Source: the human T2T-CHM13v2.0 reference genome, Homo sapiens. From it: 64,000 bases of DNA. Both the position numbers and the translations under genes were made by a program. This document shows, one piece after another, positions 1 to 14,549 of the stretch (positions within the stretch are counted from its first letter, which is position 1; each line of letters starts with the position of its first letter). Below the pieces are notes generated by a model that worked only from the letters and a program-made list of their open reading frames with translations, had not been told where the DNA came from and ran no database searches. The stretch is from the NCBI RefSeq assembly GCF_009914755.1, contig NC_060942.1; one strand, given 5' to 3'.

Positions 1-54
1 CTCTGAATGATCCCTTTGTTTCCTATCAGAAATCCCATGTTTGCAGCTGAGTAG

Positions 55-390
<336 letters not shown>

Positions 391-1197
391 GCAGCTGAGT
401 AGTTTTCTTAAACTTCTGATGTTGTAAATTAAGAGCCCCAAAGCCTCATTTTATTTTGTATTTTCTATGCACGTTTTATTTCAGGCTACCATAATTAATA
501 AAATATTGGTAGAGTTTCCACACATCAGTTATAATCCACTACGTTAGATAAAATCTATTCAATGCCTATCTCTTAGAGATACACTCTTCTAAACTTTGGG
601 CTCCAGTGAGGCTGCTATGAGAAAACACCTTTGAAATTCTTAGAAAACCTGTTACTTAACTACAAGTCACATTATTAGGAATATTAGAAACCCTATTAGG
701 CATGCCCTTAAAACTTTTTCAGTTCAGAAAAAAAAAGAAAAGACTCTTTTAGTAATGTCAGGGAGACGTTAACAATGAAGCCATTCCATTCTGACAGCCC
801 ACTGGATTTGGTGTTCACACTAAAATCATGTCTTACTTTAACAATCGATTTTCTCATAGAGATTAGAAATAAGAAACAGTCCATATTAGACCTTTAAACT
901 TCTGTTTCCTTCATTTATCCTCTAAATTCTGCTCAATGACTTAACAGCTCCTTCATTTTTCTCCCCATACTTTATCATAAGCAACTAGTCTCTTAGAACT
1001 TTCTACATTTTGTCCTGAAAATCTATCCAGTAAAATCCATGAGTTCACTAAGTCTCCTATTTCCCATTTTGTCACTGAATAATGTTGACTAATGTTTGGC
1101 CACTTCGTAAAAGGGAACCCCTTTTCTCTTGCTTACATTCCACATGTCTCAGATTTTTGTTGCAATAACACTTTACTTCTAGGAACTAATTAAATTC

Positions 1198-1700
1198 TGG
1201 CTATTAACTGCTGAGCAAGAAATAATTTCAAAACTTGATGACTTCAAATAACAGTGATTTTATTCTACCTTGCCATTTTGTGGCTCAGGAACTTGAGCCA
1301 TGCTCAGTTGACATTGAGCTGACAGCCAAGATGACCTGGTGGTTATTCACGCGTTTGGCACCAGGATGTGGATGCCAGGAAGAGTGGGCCGATGTAAGCC
1401 TCTCTCCCTCTCCATGGAATCTCGGGGTATCTCCCAGTGTTCTCTTCAGCAGGGTAGTTGGACTTCTAACCTGGTGGTTTAGGTCTCTCAGATTGAGTGT
1501 TCTGAGAAACAGGAAGTAGAAACAACCTGTTACTTAAAGACTGAATCTAGAAGGTGGCACGTCTCTTCTGCTATATTCTATTGATCAAGCAGTTATGACG
1601 ACTGCTCAGAGTGAAGGACAGGGGACATAAACCCTAATCTCTCAAAGGGAACAGTATCAAAAATCTTGAGACTATCTTTAGTCACATTCTACCACAGTGA
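1198..1700 (-). mobile_element. Old MaLR solo LTR (MLT1 family)
   Basis: Start CTATTAACTGCTGAGCAAGAAATAATTTCAAAACTTGATGACTTCAAATAACAG...TTTTGTGGCTCAGGAACTTGAGC resembles the reverse-strand 3' end of MLT1 LTRs. Boundaries approximate. Confidence 0.65.
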
Positions 1701-4024
1701 ATGAAAGTTTAAATATCAATATTATTTCTAGCACAGATTTTTCAAATGGAATTGATTTAGCTTGTATGATGAACCATAAGCCTATAATTTAAGGTGGTAT
1801 TTTGGGTTATACATTTGCATATATTTTTAATAAAGAGGGTTTAGAATCTATTTTGATACTTGAAATGTTTTCACTTTTTAAAAGAATCAACTTAGCTTTG
1901 AGGAAGAAAAATCCCATAACTCTTAGGTAGTAACACTTGGAAATTTTTATTGTATTCAATTCATTCATGGGTATTTGCCAAAAATTTATCCTCAACATAC
2001 CTTTTGCTTTTTGTCTCTTTCTCTTTGTGGCACTCTATTAACTTATGGAAAACTTTCCCAATCTTTCCACTCTGAAAGTCCATATTCATTTTCTCTGATC
2101 ATTTCATTTTTACGCTTTCACCTCCTATTACTTTCTGCAAAGGCTGACAAAACTTCATATGCTATTTTTTTTTTTTTTGCTGCAAGCTAAGATCTGTCTC
2201 TTCCTGAAAGTTTTTATCTGCTATCTCCTGCCTTGAAACCATCAAGCCTGCTGTTTTTTATATCTTAATTGGTTTTCTTAATTCAACCATATTTATTCCC
2301 TAAAAGATGGCAGGATAAATTTTCAATTTCCTCCAAATCTTACAGATTTCACAACATTTGCATTTACAATATACTTTAGAAAGACATACTTCTTTTTCAT
2401 TTCTAATATCTTCTAATGAGGTTCTATTAGCTTTTACTTTCTGTTCCTCCCTCATACTTGAGCATGGTAACTATATGGCTAATAAAAAAGTTACAAGACA
2501 CAAAATTATATTTTTTCTTCCTAAAAAACAGTTTGCCTCGACAGACCTTTATTTTCAGATGTTATTGGTTATTGGTTTCTTTTTTTTTGCCTTAAACATT
2601 AGTTTATCAAATCTAGAAATTCATGGGATTCTTGACCCACTATAATCCAGAAATATATTTAGACTGGGCAAAATGCTACAAAAGAAAATAAGACTATGAC
2701 CTCTTCTGAACCCTGTCCTATTTGTAGAATAAAAGCAAAGCAAAGAGCAGATACAGAAACGCTGAAACACTGACAGAAAGCCTCTGAAGTAAAGTCCAAC
2801 TCAAAAAACTTCTCTATAGATATGGAAAGCCCAATTTTGTTACATTTTTTAAGTACTCTATGGGTCACCCTATTGTAATCTAGTATAAAGTTGTCAAGGA
2901 CTAGAACAAACTGTTTTATGATTATTTTATCCAGGCTGTGAGATTGGGACTAGAGAAAGAAACAAATAAAATGAGAACTAGACAAGCCCTGGAAAATCCA
3001 TGACAAATTTCTTTTTAAGGATTGTTCTTATTGTACAATAAAGGAAAGAAAAGGCCACTGTTTCACCAGACTATATTATGTTATCTCTTTTCTCTGGTTT
3101 CACACACACACACACTGACACACACTTGAAATGCTTACGCTAAAGAAGAAGGAATGTTTTAATTACAGTCATCATTATTATAAATTTATTAAGGCATGCA
3201 GAATCCACATTGTTGAATACTGAAATACACTGTTGTCAAAACAGAAACTAAGGAACACTTATTGAGCATTTGCTAATTGCCCAGTCTTGAGTTAGGCATG
3301 TTTATTTGTGTTATCCTACAAGGTTTATGATATGGCAATACCAAGTAGAGTTTGCCAAATAAATAGGATGAATCATAAACAACATAAAATGCTATAAGGA
3401 TTTAAAAGAAGATTGCCTTGATAAGAAAATATAGATTGTATGAGAAGGAAACTAAGCAATGTGTTCATTCTATGAAACATCCAATGAAAGGAATTATATC
3501 AGACCTCAAACAAGAATCCTGCTGGAGAACAGAGTATATCTTATTTTCTGAAACAAGACCAAGGCCAAGAGAGATTCTGTGTTTTAGGACATGGATCTCA
3601 CTGGGTAATAACAAAGCTGAACCTAGAGGAATCCTGAGAATCAGAGCTCTTCCCAGCCACACAGATGTTCCTTCTTCTGATACCTAAGGAATACTTACCC
3701 AACTCCTAGGTGAGACACTATGACTGTGGTTTTTGGAAGAAGTCTATGTAATTTATTTTCTCATCTGGAGATGGGTCTAATTGCAGTAACTACTTTGGGC
3801 CCTCAGTCGTGTGAAGATTCAGGATCTTAGCTTCATTTTTACCTACAAAAGCTATTTTTGTGCATAGGCATACTTCTTGTTTTTTATTATATAATGTATC
3901 CAAATTAGTTTTTCTTCTTAGAAAAGGTACAGAAATAAAATTTTAATCTCTTAAAATTAAAAAAAAGAAATTTTAGAAAGTAAAATAATTTAAAAAATGT
4001 AAAATACACTGAATTATAATAAAC

Positions 4025-4351
4025 CAGGAGTTGGCAAATTATAGACCACAAGCCAAATCTGCTTACTGTTTCCAAACAGCCCGTGAGCCCAGAATATTTT
4101 TTATAATTTAGTTGATTAAAAAAAGAAGAAATTTCCTGGAACTTGACAATTCTGTGAAATTTAAATATCAATGTCTATAAATAAAGATTTTTTTGGAAAA
4201 AGGCCAGGCTCATTTGTTTACCAGTGGTCTATGACTGCTTTTGTAATAGTACATCAGAATTGAGCAGTTGAGACTGAGGCCATATGGCCCACAAAGCCAT
4301 ATTTACATATTTAGATATTTAGTATCTGGCCCTTTAGTTTGCTGACCCTTG
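4025..4351. mobile_element. MER58 (probably MER58B) hAT-Charlie DNA transposon
   Basis: TIRs CAGGAGTTGGCAAA ... TTTGCTGACCCTTG, internal ATATGGCCCACAAAGCC and TATCTGGCCCTTTA. Degenerate 8-bp TSD TAATAAAC/TAATACAT. Confidence 0.85.
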
Positions 4352-5497
4352 TAATACATGCTCAAGTTATTATTTCAGAATGGAATATTCTCCTAGCTAA
4401 ATTTACATTGTCAACCTAGGACAGTGGAAGGCCTTGATGAATTGTTCATTGTGCTTGAGTTCAGGATACTCTGATGTACCTAAGTAATCTTTCACATTCT
4501 GGGCAATCTCTCCTAACAGTGACATAGGAATCTATATATTTGCCAACCAGGTAAAAAAAAAAAGTGAAAAATTGGTTTTGCATATAGAAAAATCTGCTGT
4601 AAAGTTTTCATTTGATTTTGGATGCACTGACCAAAGGAAGGGATCAATGAGACTCGTAAATTCAGGAAGAGAAGACGTTGTCAATATTTTTGCAATACAT
4701 TTTTCAGAAACATTGATGTTGACAGAAAACAATAATATTTACTTCTTTTTTCAAATACTTTTGTCTGCTGATTTCAAGACATTGCTCTAGGAAGCTTTTC
4801 AACTTCCCATATTTCAATAGTATATTTTTATCCAGTGACATAAACAGAGTAGCTTTCTCTTAGCTCAAAAGTAACTATTTCCATTTTCATGGGTGGGCTT
4901 CCTTCTCAAATTATTCAGATTCATCAATCTGAAATCTTCAGAACTCTTTTCAGGTATCTCTAATGGGACTGACGTCCTAACCCTGGCTTCCCGAAACAAT
5001 TTTCCCATCAAAAAAGATGTGCATCAGATGCTCAGACAGCAAATGGCCACCAGAGTCACTTTTGAATTTTCAACTGGCATCATACCAAAACATTTTGAAA
5101 GGATAGGCTGCTAGGACATCTCCTTGGAGTAGCACTCCCAGGGATTCAGATAGTATCTGGGTGCTATTGTAAGCATAGAAAATGTGCTTGGTATATTCCT
5201 TTTACTTATGAAAAGAATGTTGTGATGAATTTTCCAGCTCCTAAACAAATTCAAGAATAGTAAGTCAGGCTGAGTATTATATGTTTAACCAACTAACCAT
5301 AATGTATCATTATAATATATACATAGTAAGGGGTAATAAAATTACTTTGACTATATACAAACAGATAGAAATATTTTCTCATAATTACTGTACTGAGCAT
5401 TACAGTTACTATTTATTGGAGTCAATGTAGTGAATCAGAAATTCAACAAATCTAGTGAAGCAAAGATGTTTTATTGTCTCTTCACTAACAATACCTA

Positions 5498-5795
5498 TGC
5501 TGGGCATGGTGGGTTATGCCTATAATCCCTGCACTTTAGGAGACCAAGGTGGGAGGATGACTTTAGCCCAGGAGTTCAGGACTAGATTGAGCAACATAAT
5601 GAGACCCTGATCCTACAAGAAATAAAATAAAAATGAGCCGGGCATGGTGGCACACTCTTACAGTCCTAGCCCAGCATTGAGGTTACAGTGAGCTGTGATT
5701 GCACAGCTGCACTCCAGACTCTGCAACAGAGTGAGACCATCTCTGAAAAACAAAACAAAAAACCAAACCAAACAAACCCAAAACCTCCAAAACCC
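5498..5795 (+). mobile_element. AluJ-like element with right-arm deletion
   Basis: GGAGGATGACTTTAGCCCAGGAGTTC (J-type), shortened right arm, (CAAAA)n-decayed tail, degenerate TSD CTAACAATACCTA/CTAACATTTACCTA. Confidence 0.85.
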
Positions 5796-6829
5796 CTAAC
5801 ATTTACCTAAATTAACCATAACATAAATACCATTTGAAAATCTCTCTTCTCAAGTTATAGAAATATCAATTCCACATCTCACGAATCTTTAGAGTGTAAC
5901 TCTTATTTTTATGAAACACAGGCTGGAGGAGGTACCAGAGGAGTGGCTATGTCTTCAAGGAGTGGCCTTGGGTCACTCTTTTTTATTTTATCTCTAGTCA
6001 CAAAACCATACTAAAAGCAAAAATCCACTCCCACCAAGCATTTATGAGATGGTAACTTTTTCAATCAAGGGAAATCATCTTCCTTGATCCTCTTACCTCT
6101 TTCATTTTTATTTCTCTGTCTGCTCTAGTAAACAAACCACTTTATATCAGCTCCTGTTCCTAAACGGGCACATCAAAACATTGTGAGGAACCAGAAAAGC
6201 AATATGATCTACTTACTTTAAGACATTTTGAGCTTCAAATTAACTTCAGGTTTAATCACATTACTTTTTCTTTTTTAAAAAGAAAAAGAAAAGAAAAATA
6301 AGAAATATAAGAAAACAATATGTATAAAGAAACAAAAAAGGTTACAGCCTTAAGCTACAAACAATGACTTTTTATATAACAGCATATGAACATATCAAAA
6401 GATATATCCAGTGACATAAACAGAGTAGCTTCCATTTATTTTGAAAAAGATGCATATTTTTCTGAAGTTAAACAAAGAATACTTGTTCCAACAAAGAATA
6501 CTTTATTCAGTGTGGTGGGCTATATTTGCACAAGTGAACCAAGAAAGAACAGAATAACACCTGACTGAAGTAAGTGAGATAGATGACCTGTGTGAATCAG
6601 GGCCACAAAGCTGAAAGGAGGCAGAGTCAGAACTTAAACTAAGTTCTGTCTGACATTTAAAAAATAAAGTGTAAAATTGGGTGTTGGAGTCATCTTTTCA
6701 TTTCTATTTAGCTTATTAACATCTGAATTCTACCATATAGAAAACTGAATTTTGCCTGCCCAATGTCTAATTCATTAGCTCTCTACTTCTTTAAAGCCTA
6801 ACTCTACCTTAACTCCTTAAAATGATGTT

Positions 6830-7045
6830 AATAATAATGATGATGGCGGTGATGATAATGGGCAATAATTATTGAGAACTTACTCTGTTCAGAATTTTTT
6901 TAAGATTATAAAATCTATCTTTTTTGTTTAACATTAAAGCCAACAAGATAGATGGTACTATTGTCTCCATTTTGTGGATGAGAAAAGTGAGGCTTACAAA
7001 GCTTAGCTATCTTTGCAACATCACATAAACACCAAATGGCAGAGG
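6830..7045 (-). mobile_element. MIR SINE
   Basis: TATTGAGAACTTACT...CTCCATTTTGTGGATGAGAAAAGTGAGGCTTA matches the reverse MIR core. A second MIR piece lies at about 6570-6655. Confidence 0.75.
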
Positions 7046-7984
7046 TACTTCTTTATTGCACATCAACCTTCTTTATTGCACACCAAAAGGCATCTTTCTC
7101 AACACTATACTGTGCCTTTCATATTGGTAAATATTTATTCTGATTCAAATAACAGTTCATCCTTCAGAGTATTATCTGTTAAATCCACCTATAATGTTCT
7201 TTCTTGTCAAAAGCCTTCAGTTGTTCCACAATGTAGGTAGAATAGAGTCAAAATTCTGTATTTTAACTTCTAAGATATTCTGCAATATGGACTTGCATGA
7301 ACTTTCTATCCTACCACTTACTACTTGTATGAATGTTTGTATGAATGTTTGGCTGCAGTCAAAATGGCCCTTCTTTCACTGTCTCTGTAGGGCACCGTGC
7401 ACATCCTTACCTCTGGCTGCTGTTGCTCATATTACATATTCCATCTGGAATATTCTGTCTCTTCTTCTCATTTTTAAATACCACATAGCCTTGATGATCT
7501 AGCTTTATAGTCTCATCATGTCTCTGGAGTTTCATAGGACATTCCACCCCATAAGGATTTGTACCAATTCTGAAATCACAGCATTTAATATCTCTGTTAC
7601 ACTTTTCTTCAATTTATCATTCAGAGTCAGGATTTTTAAACATCTTATAATATTATTTAACTGTTAAAAAATATAAAAATTCAATTTCCTGTTCAATTAT
7701 AACTCGATAAGGGAGCGGGAACACTGTCATGTCTCCAGGCTTCCTTATAGCATATAGCGCTGTGGCTTTTTTGCTAGTGAATTCATTATAATGGCTTGCT
7801 GATTTATTGTTATGTATAAAATGCATGAGTTTAGAATTTGAATGTAGGGAAAAATCTATAGTTCTAAATTTACATTTGTTACAAAGTAAACATAACATTT
7901 TATTTGTTGAATTTTAGCAGCCAATGAATTTTAAAGAGAAAATATAATATTATTACAAAAATGCAAGTAATATTTCCATCTGGA

Positions 7985-8485
7985 ACTTCTGGCATGACTT
8001 AAAATGATTCCTGACTCCAAGTATTCATGTCCTGTGTGATCTTATTCCATTGAGGGTGGGCTAGACATAGCAATGTAATGAATAGAATATTGTAAAAGTG
8101 AGGTGATGTCACTTCAGTTATACAAGACCATTGCTGTCATTTTGCTGGTAGACTTTCTTTTTTGTTGGCTTTGATGGAATAAGTTGTTGTGTTGGAGAGT
8201 CCCACAAGGTAAAGACCTGGGGCAGCCTCTGGCCAATAGCCAGCCATGTGCTGAGGCTCTCGTTCCAACAGTCTGCAAGTCTTCCCCACAACCAGGTCAG
8301 TGAGCTTGGTTGAAATAGATTCTTCTGCAGTTGAACCTTCAGATGCGACTCCAGGACTCAATTGTAGTCTGTGAATGACCCTGAAACAGAGGGACCAGAT
8401 AATCTCTTCTTGGACTCCTGGCTAACAATAACTTAGATGATATATGTGTATTGTTTTAACCATTACTTATTGGGGTATTTTAGGC
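7985..8485 (+). mobile_element. MLT1 (E/F-like) MaLR solo LTR
   Basis: GAGGGTGGGCTAGAC, GGGCAGCCTCTGGCCAATAGCCAGC, GAACCTTCAGATG, TGTGTATTGTTTTAACCA are typical MLT1 segments. Confidence 0.75.
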
Positions 8486-8934
8486 ATTAAATAATTTTAT
8501 TTTTTTCATGTATATTTGCATGGTTTTATTTCCATAAATCATCAACTGAGACTTTTAAATCTTGGTTTTTGCAGTCCGTATTCTCCACGTGAGAGAGAGC
8601 AGTCAGTCACATAGTCCTGATTCTATGAGTAAAAACTGAGAAGAGCTCATACCTGTTATATCTCATTTCAAAATTACAACAATGCTATGAGGGATGTAGG
8701 CTGATAGTAGGGGACAGATGTCTATATTAGTGCCATTTTTTAAAAGATGCCAACACTAACAAAGGATCAGGTGTGTAGAAGAGAAGAAACCATATGTCTA
8801 AAGGAGTGAAGGTGAATGGAAAATTATATTTTAAAGTCCTTCCATCATATAACAGTTGCCTCCTTCACTACTGATATTTATGATTTCCACTGCTCTTTAA
8901 TGGAAAATTTACAAAAACAAAATTGATTATAATT

Positions 8935-8958
8935 GTGTGTGTGTGTGTGTGTGTGTGT
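8935..8958. repeat. (TG)n microsatellite
   Basis: Pure TG run. Confidence 0.95.
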
Positions 8959-9357
8959 AGGTGAAAGAACATCGCTATAATTTAATTTGAGAATGTTGCA
9001 TTCCTTCTAGGTGAAAGCATTCAATCTTCTGTTTTTCCGGGAGCTGAACCATTTGTGGCATGCTAGGCTGGGTGAATTTGAGATTCCCACAAAAATTTGT
9101 TATCCTGAGACTAACCCAGTATTGTTTCAGATAAAGACTAAAATATCCATCCTCTCCTTGGGTGATAATATAAAATCACTAAGGACTGCGGGGATGGCTT
9201 TGTCGTTTCCCCCAGCACTTGCTTTCACACCTTTTTGTGCCACTGAGCAAACATTTAACAAAGAGGAAAATAACAGCAATTTGTTCTGACTGGTAAGCTC
9301 AACATGCGATGCCAAGTTATAGTAGCTTTCTGGAAACTAAATATGCTCAGTAATGTA

Positions 9358-9392
9358 CGTGTGTGTGCGTGTGTTTGTGTGTGTGTGTGTGT
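9358..9392. repeat. Interrupted (TG)n microsatellite
   Basis: TG run with CG/TT interruptions. Confidence 0.9.
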
Positions 9393-11269
9393 TCTCACAT
9401 ACTTCATCAACAAAAGATCATGACCTCAATTTAGGTATTCATGAGCAATTACAGAAAAAGTTTCAAAATGTAAAGAAATATTACATATTACATATATGTA
9501 TATGTGCATATATATGAGTGCATGTAAATATGTCTATCCAATTTGTTTTTAATTAATAGTTTGTTAATACAGACATCCCAAAGGGTGCGTATGATCAAGC
9601 CATTAGAAAGCTCTCTGGAATTATCAAGGGCTCCTTAACTACTAAATAATAAGTCAGTCATATCAAGGAGCTGGCTCTATGAGGTAACTGCAGACACTAA
9701 GTGCTTCTTGGTCCTACACTAAAAATTCTGGAACTTTTCACTACTGCATCCTTTCATCAGTACCCAGAGAATGGAGGAGCAGCACTTCTTTTCTTAGAAA
9801 AACCATTTCTAAAACAACCGCCAACTCAACCCCTACTTCCCCGAAACTGTACAAAATCATCCGTATTTTATTATTTATTTCTTTATCTTTTTCTCAGTTC
9901 CTGGAGGACAGGACCTATATCATCTGCTTCTTTTCCCATTAAATCCTCCTCCAAACTATTTATTCAGTGACTATCTTACTCTTCTTCCCAGGACTCAAGG
10001 AAGCCTTTCAAAGGAGTGCTGCAGTCAAACTAGAGAGTTGGGGTTGCCAGTACTTGGACACAAACCATGATGCTAACTGAGAGTTTTCTGCTTATATGCT
10101 TCTCAGAAGGCTGTGAAAAGAATTACATTCTGGATTGGGCCTAGGTTCTTATGGCAGCTGTAAGCATTTTATGAAAGAGATACTTCCCTGAAACCATCAG
10201 TTTGTAAATTGGCTTATGTTTTCTTGTTCTATGAAAATTAACTCTTTTTGCAACAATTTTTTGGAGAAGGAATTTATCTAATAAACAATTACTTCCAACT
10301 TATTTTGTGTTTAATGACCCATGTATTGGTTGGGGGAACCTAGATACTATCCAAATAAACCCCCAAATATGCCAGGTTAATAAAATAAAAAAGTATCTCT
10401 TACTTAGGTAGGAGACCAATGCAGGGGTTCCTTGTCTGTGGTTGCTTTCCTCCTGCTGTGATCCAAAGACCCAGGACCCATGCTTCACTTGGCTCCACCT
10501 TCCCCTGTTGACTTGCAAGTCTTGTGCTTAATGCCAGTCCCTGGGTGGTTCCAGGGATTGGGAAGAAGCCTCCATTCTGCTTCCAGACACACAGCCACCC
10601 CTGGATGCAAGGAGGCTGGGAAATATCCCCAACTGGGTGTCTGCCTCATGCTACAATTCCTCACTGTGGAAGGAAAAACGAGGAACAGGGACAAACATAT
10701 TTAAAGGTCTGCCAGCTCTCTCTACCACTGTCTATCACAAATTACTAAAGCGGATAAATTCTTCATTTTCTAACTCTTTAAAATTTGTCTTACAAAAAAA
10801 TTAGTCCTTAATGACATAATTTCTTATCTTGGATTCTAATAATATTCTGGTTGTTGGTTGTTACGGCAGAAAATTAAAAATAGCTAGAGTGCAGAAACCA
10901 TGACTGACATCAGAGAATCATTCCATTTACAGTCCTGGGCCTCTGGTGATGGCACACTTTCCATTCCTGATGGAGGAGCCCCATCTTGCCAAATCCCTAG
11001 TAGTCGCACCATGCACCAGGGTTCCAATGGCGAAATGGCAGTTATGAATATATTACCCTAACAAGGTGTTCAATTCAGTTCAGTTAAAGAGTTATTGGCA
11101 CGCTCCTCACAAACCTTGGGTTCACCCAAGAGAGTCTTGCGATATTCTAGCCAATGACTCTATGGTTCCAAGAGTCTCAAGATCAAATTAGTCATAAACA
11201 TTGACTCAATTTGTCCAAAGTGCAAAGATGACATAAAAAGGTTTTGTGCTTGCTTTTTGTAGTTGTTCC

Positions 11270-11580
<311 letters not shown>

Positions 11581-11639
11581 CTTGTTTTTTTTAAACCTGA
11601 AATACTTGCATGTGTGAAGCAAAGGAAAATTTTCCGAAT

Positions 11640-11895
11640 TATGATAATAATGTTGCTAATACACATAATTTGCATTTGTGTAGTGTTTTATGATGTGGTT
11701 TACTTTTCAAAGCACTTTGATGTTGTTTATTATATTTAGTTTTTTAAATAATCTGATGATATAGGAAGATAGATATTATTATGTCCAGTGTAGCATGAAG
11801 ACATTTTAGCCTGCATGAGCAAATCAGTTTCTCATATTAATACAGATTCCTGCTAGAACTAAGACTAGAAGAGATGCTTTTGGGATTCTGACACT
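11640..11895 (-). mobile_element. Degraded MIR
   Basis: CAAAGCACTTT...ATAGATATTATTATGTCCAG...GCTAGAACTAAGACTAGAA pattern. Confidence 0.5.
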
Positions 11896-14260
11896 CTTGT
11901 ATTTCATAAAATGCAATGGCTTTTAAGCTCTTTGACAGTAGGAAATAATGCATTTTGAATATTTGTTACAGCACAAATAACGCAAGCTATCTATTTATAC
12001 TTTGAAAAAAAATTTTTTTTAATTAAAGAACCTGTGAGCATGAAGGCAGGGGTGTTAATCATCACTGCTTAGCATGTCCACCACCTGTTTTATTTTTCAC
12101 CTTTTCCCATCATGGGCACACATTGAAGATATCTATTGTATTGCTTTAGCGTTATCTCTCAGCAGACCATTTCTGCAATTTCAAGGAAAACATGAAAATA
12201 AACTGAATAAATCCAGTGTTATTAATATCCCAGAATTTTATTGCTGCCTTATGGGATGGTCCATAGGTTTTACTTCTTGACTTAAATGCAAAGACCAAGG
12301 ATGTGTTTTAGATATTTTAGTCCCCTAGAACTTTATTATGAACATATGATCTAAATTTGTAAGTTTTCTCTTTTCAGACTGCAATGATTTTTGCTTACTG
12401 AATGCCGTGTGTTTACTCATCCTTTGTGTAATAAGACTTATTTGTAATGCCTTAAACTTAAATTGTTTGAATTTCAAGAAAGCCTAGGCTTGTTAATTAG
12501 TCTTCCAGGATTCAGTGGTCAAGGCTGTATTCCCTCAAGCTAGTCCCTTTGCCATTTTAGAAACAGTACTTGTATTCCCTTCTCAGCCTTTATTTTCCAG
12601 CCTAAGAGTCCTTAACTCTTTAGTCTGTTTCTCTGAGGACATGCTACACACATAAATCAGGCTTCTGAGGAAGCTAAAAGAGGTAATTATTATTTGCATT
12701 TTGGGCATTTAAAAACTCAAAGCTCAGAGGTGAGGATACTTAATTCTAGCTACTTCACCAGATTATAAATTTCTCCTGGGAAGACAGCTCCTTCTGTTTG
12801 TTTAATCTACATCTCTACTCCGTAAGATTCTTGCGTTACAACCATACAAATAACCCTGACTCTAGGGCTCTGAATAAGAAATGCATTAGAACCCATCAAT
12901 TTTCTAATCCTAATTCTAGTTATTAAGTTTTTCTCAGCCAAGGAAAATAGACTTGTACTATTATCTAAGGGAGTACTGTAGCAAGAGAATGAGTATATTT
13001 AGATCAGAGGTGAGAAATTCACTTTTACTTCCCATATTATAAAAGTATTAAAGTCTGTGTCATCTAGATCCATGTCTCCCTGTCTTGAGTAATGCAGGTA
13101 CAATTCAGATGTTCTGAGAAAAATTATCCTCCCCAACCTGAATGGTTTCCTATGGTTAAGATGCTACTGAAGGACAAAGCAGAAGTTTTCTACAAGGTCT
13201 TTTTTAGAGTTTAAACAAAATTTAAAGCTTTTTTTCCTTCTTCTTTGGCCTCAAAGTTACATTTTAATTACAGTGCAATAATTTGAAGAACATTGGTAAT
13301 AGGGAAAACTTTTAGACCTTTTGTTCTTTAGCGCAGTCAAGGGAAACCTCATTAGAGAGGATTTTCTTAGTTAGCAGGGCTTCGAGGTTAATGAGGTGTG
13401 AGTGATAATATATAGTAGTAATACCCCCTGGCAATAACAGGTCGTATTTTATACATTCTTTAATCTCAACAGGAAAGGAGGTGATGGGAGAGGGTGAGAA
13501 GGAAACCTATTTAAGGGGCTCAGGGATGCTCCAAAAATCCCATTGTTGGTATGAATCACAATTGAAAACTTCACATGTTCAAACCAGAGAAGCTGAAAGT
13601 TGAGTGGGTAAAAATCTTTCTTCATGCACTGATTTTAGTGATAAAACGGTAACCTAAGTGTTTTCCAATCTGGACTGAATGAGGCATCCCAGTATGTGGC
13701 TACACTAGGGGCTAATCTTTTACTGTCATAAGAAGGAGCCATCGGAATTTGGAGTCATGAATCCTGGATCAATCCGACAGAGGTGAGGGACAGTAGGAGA
13801 GACAGAAGTAAGTGAGAGTGGATTTAATAAGGGAACAGCCTGAGGTGAATGCAATTTTAGGAAAACAATTTATACGAATTAATTCCGAATTGGATTATCT
13901 CTGAAATGGACTGAGACTGTTTATCAGATGGCTCTATTTTCAGTGGCATTAGAGTGGTCCGTAGAAACTTTTCTTAATCAGCTCATTTGGCATTTTCTTT
14001 GTTGTTGGGGACACTTTAGAAATCCACATAGTACATGCCAGAAGTTTAAAGACACAGGGCTTTCTTTGTAACCAAGTTTCAGAGCTCACTTGGCTAAGCC
14101 ATGATGCCATCTTATTTTTGTGGCATTGGCCACATTTCTGCAAAGAAAGGAGAAGAAGAAAGTAAAAATAAAGTTCAATTTTAACTTTGCCAATTTTGGT
14201 TTTATGGATTTGCATTCTTGAATCACCATCAATCTTTTCTAGTCTTGAAAATAAAGTTCA

Positions 14261-14549
14261 GGCTGGGCGCAGTGACTCACTCCTGTAATCCCAGCACTTT
14301 GGGAGGCTGAGGAGGGCAGATCACCTGAAGTCAGGAGTTCGAAACCAGCCTGGCCAATGTGGTGAAACCCCCAACTCTACTAAAAATACAGGCGTGTGCC
14401 TATAATCCCAGCTACTCGGGATGCTGAGGCAGGAGAACACAGGAGGCAGAAGTTTCAGTGAGCCAAGATTGCGCCATTGCACTCCAGCCTGGGCGACAAG
14501 AGCAAAACTCTGTCTCAAAAAATAAAATAAAATAAAACAACAATAAAAC
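14261..14549 (+). mobile_element. AluS (Sq/Sp-like) with two short internal deletions
   Basis: GGCTGGGCGC start, GCGCCATTGCACTCCAGCCTGGGCGACAAGAGC, A-rich tail. TSD AAATAAAGTTCA at 14249-14260 and 14550-14561. Confidence 0.93.

Noticed and set aside
13415-13440. CTCF site at ATACCCCCTGGCAA
   Set aside because: Only the CAGGGGG core matches; flanking consensus positions are missing.
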